Source: Candidatus Poribacteria bacterium (lineage in GTDB: Bacteria; Poribacteria; WGA-4E; WGA-3G). Taken from it: a stretch of 64,000 bases of DNA. The stretch is from assembly GCA_965242965.1 (NCBI GenBank), contig OZ251518.1, forward strand, positions 4,640,001-4,704,000, read 5' to 3'. Each line of letters opens with the position of its first letter. Position 1 is the stretch's first letter. The notes beneath the pieces were generated by a model. That model was given only the letters and a program-made list of their open reading frames with translations. It was not told the DNA's origin and did not search any database. Positions 58,252-64,000 of this stretch are shown piece after piece. A program made the translations under genes and the position numbers.

Positions 58252-59181
58252 TTAAAATTCGGCGACCCGCCCTTGAAAGACCTCGTTCAACTTTTCGAGA
58301 TTTGAACGCAGCCACTCAAATCGGTTGGGCCAGTCCGACCTGTCTGTCGGATCTGTGTTGTAGTAGACCCCTACCTGTGGGACCTCGCGGTTCCAAGGGG
58401 GCGATTTTTTCCATTGAAGTCCTGCGCCGAATTGATTCTCAATCTCTTGTCGATTGTTTTTCAACTCGTCAAAGCGCGAACCAGCATTGGGCCCTTTCAG
58501 GTGGAGGTTGGCGGCAATTTGCCTCTGTGTCGCGCTAATCCATCCAGACAACCAGATCTCGGGCCATCTCCCAATGTCAAAGCCCAGGTAATCGGGAGAG
58601 TTTCTATTCCATTCCAGCGAGTTAAGCTGACTACCGTTTGCAGTCAGATGCCTGCGGAATTCGGCGAAGAATTGCTCGCGCCAGTCGTCATTAATTACGG
58701 GTGAACAAACGTCACCGCCCGGCTTAGCAACGACGCTAAACTGCACTCCGTACAAGGAGTTTGGGATTTCCGTTACCTTAACCGCCACGCCGAAGAATTG
58801 GAAGTTTTCGTCTCCCATTGCGTTTAGGCGATTAATAACCGCGAGGTGCTCGTTCGTGAAGCTTTCAGCAACCCAAACAAGAGTGTGTGCTTCCAGCCCA
58901 ATCCCGTATGTGAGGACTTTGCCGAGGCGATCATGGTCAGACTCGCCGTACTGATTCTCAATCACTACGACTGAATCATCGGCTGTGTTGGAACACATGA
59001 TGTCAACCCGGAACTGTCCAACATTAACCTCGCGTTTGGCATCGGCAAATTTCATATTTAGGGCTTCGCCGAGCCAAGAAAGATGTTCCGGCTTCGCCAA
59101 CCATGGCGTGAAGTTGTCGGCTTCGTTATGCCAAACTTCTCGCAATTCAACGGGTTTAAGGTGAACAACTTCGTTATACAT
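58252..59181 (-). CDS. DUF4268 domain protein
   Basis: LREVW.NEA..FTPWLA, VG.FRVDI, VIENQ...SDH..LG, D..DRSDWP..FEWL. Confidence 0.85.
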   Translation of the reverse strand: MYNEVVHLKPVELREVWHNEADNFTPWLAKPEHLSWLGEALNMKFADAKREVNVGQFRVDIMCSNTADDSVVVIENQYGESDHDRLGKVLTYGIGLEAHTLVWVAESFTNEHLAVINRLNAMGDENFQFFGVAVKVTEIPNSLYGVQFSVVAKPGGDVCSPVINDDWREQFFAEFRRHLTANGSQLNSLEWNRNSPDYLGFDIGRWPEIWLSGWISATQRQIAANLHLKGPNAGSRFDELKNNRQEIENQFGAGLQWKKSPPWNREVPQVGVYYNTDPTDRSDWPNRFEWLRSNLEKLNEVFQGRVAEF

Positions 59182-59329
59182 TAGGTGTCATTCCTCCTTT
59201 AAAAATGTCGTAAAAGCGATTCGATAACCGCTAACTCTATTATAGCATAAATCGCAATTTTTTGTTTAATTTTTTCCTCTTCATAGGAACACTCTCTTTA
59301 GGTTCGTAGCTGCGTCTCGTCGGAGATGT

Positions 59330-59412
59330 TCGCACATTAAGGTCCTAACGGACCTTGGAGCGAGTGATACGTATTTTTCTATAGACATTAAGGTCTTCCA
59401 GACCTTAAGAGA
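59330..59412. repeat. CTATAGACAT-TAAGGTC..GACC REP family
   Basis: Same family at 26280-26460, 5478-5504 and 3263-3283. Confidence 0.75.
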
Positions 59413-59499
59413 GCCTCTTTCAGGACGCAATTTTGCTATCACGTGGTATCAGTTCGATCGCGAGTTCGCGAGGGACAGGCCCTCGCGCTACGGATAGGA

Positions 59500-59834
59500 G
59501 ACGGTTGCTTCACACAGACGCGGGACAAAGACAGCGGTGAATCGTTCAAGCGTCTCAGCAAGCCAGATGTGCTGATGCGGCCATTCGTCTTCGTCCGTTG
59601 GATCGGTGTCGTCCTTGCGCAAGGTGACGCGACACGGATTTTGTCGGTGCGGTTGCGGCAGAGGAGGTCTGCCCGGAATTGCCCGACGTTTTTCTCTTGT
59701 GCTTCAAACTTGAGTTCCAAGTTGAGTGCTTCGGCGAGTATGGCGAGGTTTTCCGGTCTGGCGAGCCATGGGGTGAAGTCTTTTGCTTCGTCGGGCCAGA
59801 TGTCGCGTGGGTTTAGGCGGATAGGTGTTGGCAT
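59500..59834 (-). pseudogene. DUF4268 paralog with internal deletion and frameshift
   Basis: N-terminus RDIWPDEAKDFTPWLA..VGQFRADL; the shifted frame gives C-terminal DTDPTDEDEWPHQHIWLAETLERF. Confidence 0.8.
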
Positions 59835-60056
59835 GGGGAGGGGCCTTTATTGCACGTTGTCAAGGGTTTGAGGATTCGTTTTCCATCAAGCGTTATCGTC
59901 TGGTTATGGGCATGAGTAACAGCAGCATCTCAAGACGCGCCACAACCTCCCGAAAGAAAATGGAGCGGATCTGCGTTACCTACTACCAGCGATAAACTTT
60001 ACAGCCCCGAATAGTTGACAGAAAAAGCCCGCCGAAATACGCCGGCGGGCCGAAAT

Positions 60057-60866
60057 TTACGGGGATGTTAAAATACATTCGCGGAGACGATATTCCCACC
60101 CCAATTCAGAAGCCTTGACTATACCCTCTACAAAGACGTTTTCTGTTAAATAAGAACGTTCGTTTGTAAATTGGGATAGTTGGCCTACTGCGTCAGCTGG
60201 GAAGTGGAAATAAACCATCCCTTTTCCTATAACACCAATTTCAATTGTTGTTCCTGAAACGTGTTCGCCTTTGGGGATTAACACTTTCACACGCTGATCT
60301 GTGTATGAATCCCACGCATCTACAAGTTCAAGGACGGTAAACGTTCTATCGGATGCCGATGGCTGTACCGGTGAACTCGGTGCTGCATTTGGTTGTTGAA
60401 CACTTTTGACAGGTTCACGTTGTGTCCGCTTGAGAGACGATGTGTCTATTCGATGCGTCGTTCGGTTAATCTCCTTGTCGTTTTGCTCCTCAATGAAGAG
60501 TATTGTCGGGTTGGGTTCCCAACCATGCGTTCTATACATCCTCAGAAGGTGGACTTCAAGGATTTGGACCATGTAATCCCGTATGGTATCTCGGAATGCT
60601 ACCGATGCGTCATTTTTCCATACGATTTTCACCTCTATGCCTGCGTCATCCTCCGCAGATGGAGACAAACTGTACCGTCGGATCGGCGCATTATACATAG
60701 CGATGTCACGAAGCACCTCTCGTTCAAACAGCGAAGTTATCCACTCTATTCGTGTGGGGGTATAGGGCTTATATTGCCCACGGCGTTCGGCTACTATCTG
60801 CGGGATAGTCAATATGCTTGCCACTAGAATAACGACAAGCGATAATCTCCCGATGTAAAATTTCAT
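60057..60866 (-). CDS. Hypothetical exported protein
   Basis: N-terminal signal/TM, Pro/Ser linker, possible OB-like C-domain. Confidence 0.65.
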   Translation of the reverse strand: MKFYIGRLSLVVILVASILTIPQIVAERRGQYKPYTPTRIEWITSLFEREVLRDIAMYNAPIRRYSLSPSAEDDAGIEVKIVWKNDASVAFRDTIRDYMVQILEVHLLRMYRTHGWEPNPTILFIEEQNDKEINRTTHRIDTSSLKRTQREPVKSVQQPNAAPSSPVQPSASDRTFTVLELVDAWDSYTDQRVKVLIPKGEHVSGTTIEIGVIGKGMVYFHFPADAVGQLSQFTNERSYLTENVFVEGIVKASELGWEYRLRECILTSP

Positions 60867-61191
60867 TGCTTTTCACCTAGTATTTTGTAAATCGGCGGTA
60901 TCCGAGCCGCCCATTATGGACCATTACACCCTGATTAATAGAGGTGCGTCAGTTGGTTTGCGCTTCAGATTCCGCTGGTTTCCAGTGGGATTTCCTTCGG
61001 CGCAGCCTGCAAGTCAGTGGCGAACAACTTTTGTGCTCATGACAGATTCCCTTGTCAGGCGGAGTTATTTTGCGTATTGGCGATAACATCGGCAACTAGG
61101 ACGAATGTTTCTTCAACCAGTACGCAACAATAATTATACCATGTTCGTGGGTTAATGTCAAATTAAAATGTTAAAGCAGAACAATTTAGTT

Positions 61192-61607
61192 GAGGGTGTT
61201 CATAACTCCGTTTCGGTATTTATTCCCCCTTGGGGGCGGACGAATACCGATAGAAAAGCGAAGGGATGCCGCCCCGACTTCTCTGCAAATCCCTGCCGAG
61301 GGCACCCCTCGGCGCGGCGCGGTGCCGGGCCCTCGTCCGCCGGCACCGCGCGCTGAAAAAAGAAAACGGCGCGTCCCCCCAGTTTCGATGCAAGCGATGT
61401 TCCCGTAGGAGAGACCTCCTGGTCTCGATGCGCCGCCGTAGGAGAGATTACCGCTGTCGTTTGCAAGCGTCTGAGCCCAAACAGGTAAGGAGCAGGCACG
61501 CCTTATCTAATCAAGACAGGGAGGTCTCTCCTACCGGCAATTCGCCATTTTTTCACCGTATCACGGAGCCTGTCACTGCGCCGTTGAGCGATTTATGAAA
61601 CACCCTC
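61192..61607. mobile_element. MITE with hairpin/REP cargo, no intact TSD
   Basis: GAGGGTGTTCATAACTCCG ... GTTGAGCGATTTATGAAACACCCTC. Confidence 0.8.
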
Positions 61608-62368
61608 ATTGACCTCCTTGGCAAATCTAAAAATTCGTAGGAATCAATTCCCTCTTCGTAACGAACCAATTCTATGTCTGATGGAATGTCCGCCTCGGTA
61701 AAGGATTTCCCCTTCTCAGATATAATGGCATTCAGCCGGGCATTATCATCAGGATGTCCTATTGAGTCGCTTATATATCTGACAATACCGGTCGGTCTAA
61801 GATACGACTTCCATTTCACATAGACGATGCCTTTGATAGTCGGATATACCAAGCCGTTCTCCATCGTTGTCCCTACGGCGTTTATACCCTGAGAGATAAG
61901 TTTTATCCGGACGCGTTTCATCAGTTCATGGTTCGCGGACAAATTGTTCCACGTCTCTGGTCCCCACCCTTCGGGCAATTCTGGATACGGCCCGAATCCA
62001 TGGGGTGAGACTGGAATGTCTTCGACGGTTTGTAATGGAATTTCTGAAACGGCCCGGGTCTCATCGGCAACCGTGTTTTCAGGAATCCCCGTATCGGTTG
62101 TTGGGAACACATCGGGCGTGTCCCCGAAGTGCACGCGGTTTTCGATTGGAAGCGCGCTTTCGGTAGCGTCGGTAGTGTCGGTTGACGCGGTTGGCACGTG
62201 GTTACGCGCTGCCTTCCGCTGTTCAAGTTGTTCCAGACGCTGGTAGAACGCTTTGTCTTCGGCATCAAGCTTCCTCATCTCGTAGTGATACCAGAGACTG
62301 AAGCCGCCTGCTATCACGCCGAAGATAAGGCTTGCGCCGAGAATCGTTCGGAGGTCCAAGGTTTTCAT
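61553..62368 (-). CDS. Hypothetical membrane-anchored protein
   Basis: N-terminal TM, low-complexity linker, VSPHGFGPYPELP motif; C-terminus runs into the MITE. Confidence 0.7.
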   Translation of the reverse strand: MKTLDLRTILGASLIFGVIAGGFSLWYHYEMRKLDAEDKAFYQRLEQLEQRKAARNHVPTASTDTTDATESALPIENRVHFGDTPDVFPTTDTGIPENTVADETRAVSEIPLQTVEDIPVSPHGFGPYPELPEGWGPETWNNLSANHELMKRVRIKLISQGINAVGTTMENGLVYPTIKGIVYVKWKSYLRPTGIVRYISDSIGHPDDNARLNAIISEKGKSFTEADIPSDIELVRYEEGIDSYEFLDLPRRSMRVFHKSLNGAVTGSVIR

Positions 62369-62399
62369 ATTGCTTCCTCGGTTATGAGGTTCTCCGTCC

Positions 62400-63962
62400 T
62401 TACCTCCACTCGCGCCATTCCGATAAAATGCTGGCGAGTTGTCCCACGAGCGGCTTAATCTCACTCGCGGCCTGGGTGGCTTCTATCCTTGCAACAAACC
62501 TGCAAATGTCCGGAATACTTCGGCTGAGATGTTCGGACAGGTTCCGAAATTTGGTTTTGGCTACTTCTGAATTCCTGTCCACAGCCAATGCGTAGATGGC
62601 ATCCAACCGGTTCATTAAGTCCAACAGGCCGCCTTTATGGATGCCGAGTTGCGTGGTATCCGTTTCGGAGAGTTCCCGTAACTTCTCCCACACCCATCCT
62701 TCTGGCGCGCCCTTGCCGGGGAGGAATAACACTTGCGCCGGGCGTTTTGCCGCCGCCTCAATTTTGCCCACAATGTCGCTATCCCCCTGGTCTCCATCAA
62801 GAACGAAGACGGTGTTGTGAATTTGTCCGAATTTTCGGAGTGCCTCTGCGTGCACAGGGAATGCGCTTGCGCCGGTGTCCCTTCCGATGCGCACCGACTC
62901 GCGCTGTAAGCCTTCGCGGGGTATCAGCACATCAAACACGCCTTGCAGAATGCCTTCCGCCGCCTCGTCTTCACAGAGGAAGTTCAGCGCGTCCTGCGCG
63001 CGGCCGTAGAGCGCGTTCTGAATCACATCGCGATAGGCATCGCGCACGACAACTTGTCCCGAGGGTTCGGCCCTGTCCAGAAAAATCCGCCCATGAGGCG
63101 GGACCGAGTCAAGCACCACCGGACTGTGCGTTGTCACAATCACTTGGAGGCTGTTCCGCAGTGCCAGTTGTTGCAGCTGCAACATCAGCAATTGCTGCAC
63201 CCACGGGTGAAGCCCCGCTTCTACTTCGTCAATCAGTACCAGCGCGTTCTCCTGTTGCGCGATTTCCTGTGCCAGCCGCAGCAAGGCACGTTCGCCCGCC
63301 GCCATGTGCAACTCGGAATACGCCGCACCCCCCTCCTGCGTTGCAAAAAGCAGTGCCTTGTTATCGCTAGATAACTTGAGAACTTCTGCATAGCGGAACG
63401 GGAGCAGCTGTTGGGCGAAATCAATCTGCGCCGGCGTTAACGGCAGTTCTTCCGGTTTGGATTTTTGTCGTGACATGCTGAGGAGACCGCGCACCTCCGC
63501 CGGATTGCTCAGGTTGCTGAGCGTCCGAAGATACATCCGCCGCACGGGCTGCTTCGCATTTGCACGCCTGAAGAAGCTGCGGCTCCACTTCCCTTGTTTG
63601 GCGCGCCGCCACCGCATCTCAAGCGGCCCCTCGGAAGTCTGATAATAGAAATCCATCGTCACCTCTTCTCTCGTATCGCTGTGTCCCGCGTGTTTGGGAA
63701 GATAGTCGGGAAATAACGTAGAGGGAACGTAATCCCTCACGCCTGCACCCGGCACCTGGTAAGCACACGCCGCGGCAAAAAGCACCGTGGACTTCCCCGT
63801 CGCATTGCCTCCGGCGATAACACTCACCGGATAATCAAATCTCACCCGCAGAGCCTGAAATCCACGAATCCCATCAAGACGAATCTCCGATAGGAAATGG
63901 GGCAAATGCGGTTTTTTCCCTTGCAACTGATTCCATAGTGATGCGAAACGTTGCTCAATCAT
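62400..63962 (-). CDS. ABC-type ATPase fused to a TOPRIM-like domain (OLD-like)
   Basis: Walker A GGNATGKST, signature MAAGE, Walker B LIDEVEAGLHP, TTHS; C-terminal CEDE and LDGD. Confidence 0.85.
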   Translation of the reverse strand: MIEQRFASLWNQLQGKKPHLPHFLSEIRLDGIRGFQALRVRFDYPVSVIAGGNATGKSTVLFAAACAYQVPGAGVRDYVPSTLFPDYLPKHAGHSDTREEVTMDFYYQTSEGPLEMRWRRAKQGKWSRSFFRRANAKQPVRRMYLRTLSNLSNPAEVRGLLSMSRQKSKPEELPLTPAQIDFAQQLLPFRYAEVLKLSSDNKALLFATQEGGAAYSELHMAAGERALLRLAQEIAQQENALVLIDEVEAGLHPWVQQLLMLQLQQLALRNSLQVIVTTHSPVVLDSVPPHGRIFLDRAEPSGQVVVRDAYRDVIQNALYGRAQDALNFLCEDEAAEGILQGVFDVLIPREGLQRESVRIGRDTGASAFPVHAEALRKFGQIHNTVFVLDGDQGDSDIVGKIEAAAKRPAQVLFLPGKGAPEGWVWEKLRELSETDTTQLGIHKGGLLDLMNRLDAIYALAVDRNSEVAKTKFRNLSEHLSRSIPDICRFVARIEATQAASEIKPLVGQLASILSEWREWR

Positions 63963-64000
63963 GACCGAAACCTCCTCTCATCGCTGACCTGAATGAAAAC

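Overview
Bacterial chromosomal window of about 55% GC (estimated by eye). Gene content (three PhyH dioxygenases, three Uma2 nucleases, a giant HEAT-repeat lipoprotein, DUF4268 and type IIG R-M genes, dense GTAG-REP intergenic repeats) suggests Candidatus Poribacteria; this is an inference, not a database result. The backbone is phoH-ybeY-corC/hlyC-(hicAB)-tRNA-Pro(CGG)-recO ... fused glyQS on the + strand, and a minus-strand block with radical SAM, msrB, GT2, GldF/GldG/DUF4340-like, chdC-like, clpX-like, core metE and larA-like genes. Main observations: (1) a type IIG MTase followed by two extra modules, each an N-terminal domain, a Pro-rich linker and a divergent TRD with no catalytic core, i.e. 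a candidate specificity-cassette array; (2) a MITE family (TIR GAGGGTGTTTCATAA, 8-9 bp TSD) carrying shuffled REP hairpins, with a filled and an empty site both in the window; (3) a cluster of small secreted hydrophobic or Cys-rich peptides next to an ECF sigma factor, one with an in-frame UGA in a CxxC position followed by a SECIS-like hairpin; (4) a candidate ~230-nt structured RNA behind a consensus sigma70 promoter; (5) a MazF toxin flanked by two genes sharing one antitoxin tail; (6) REP-derived in-frame peptide inserts in proteins. All product calls come from motif recognition by eye.
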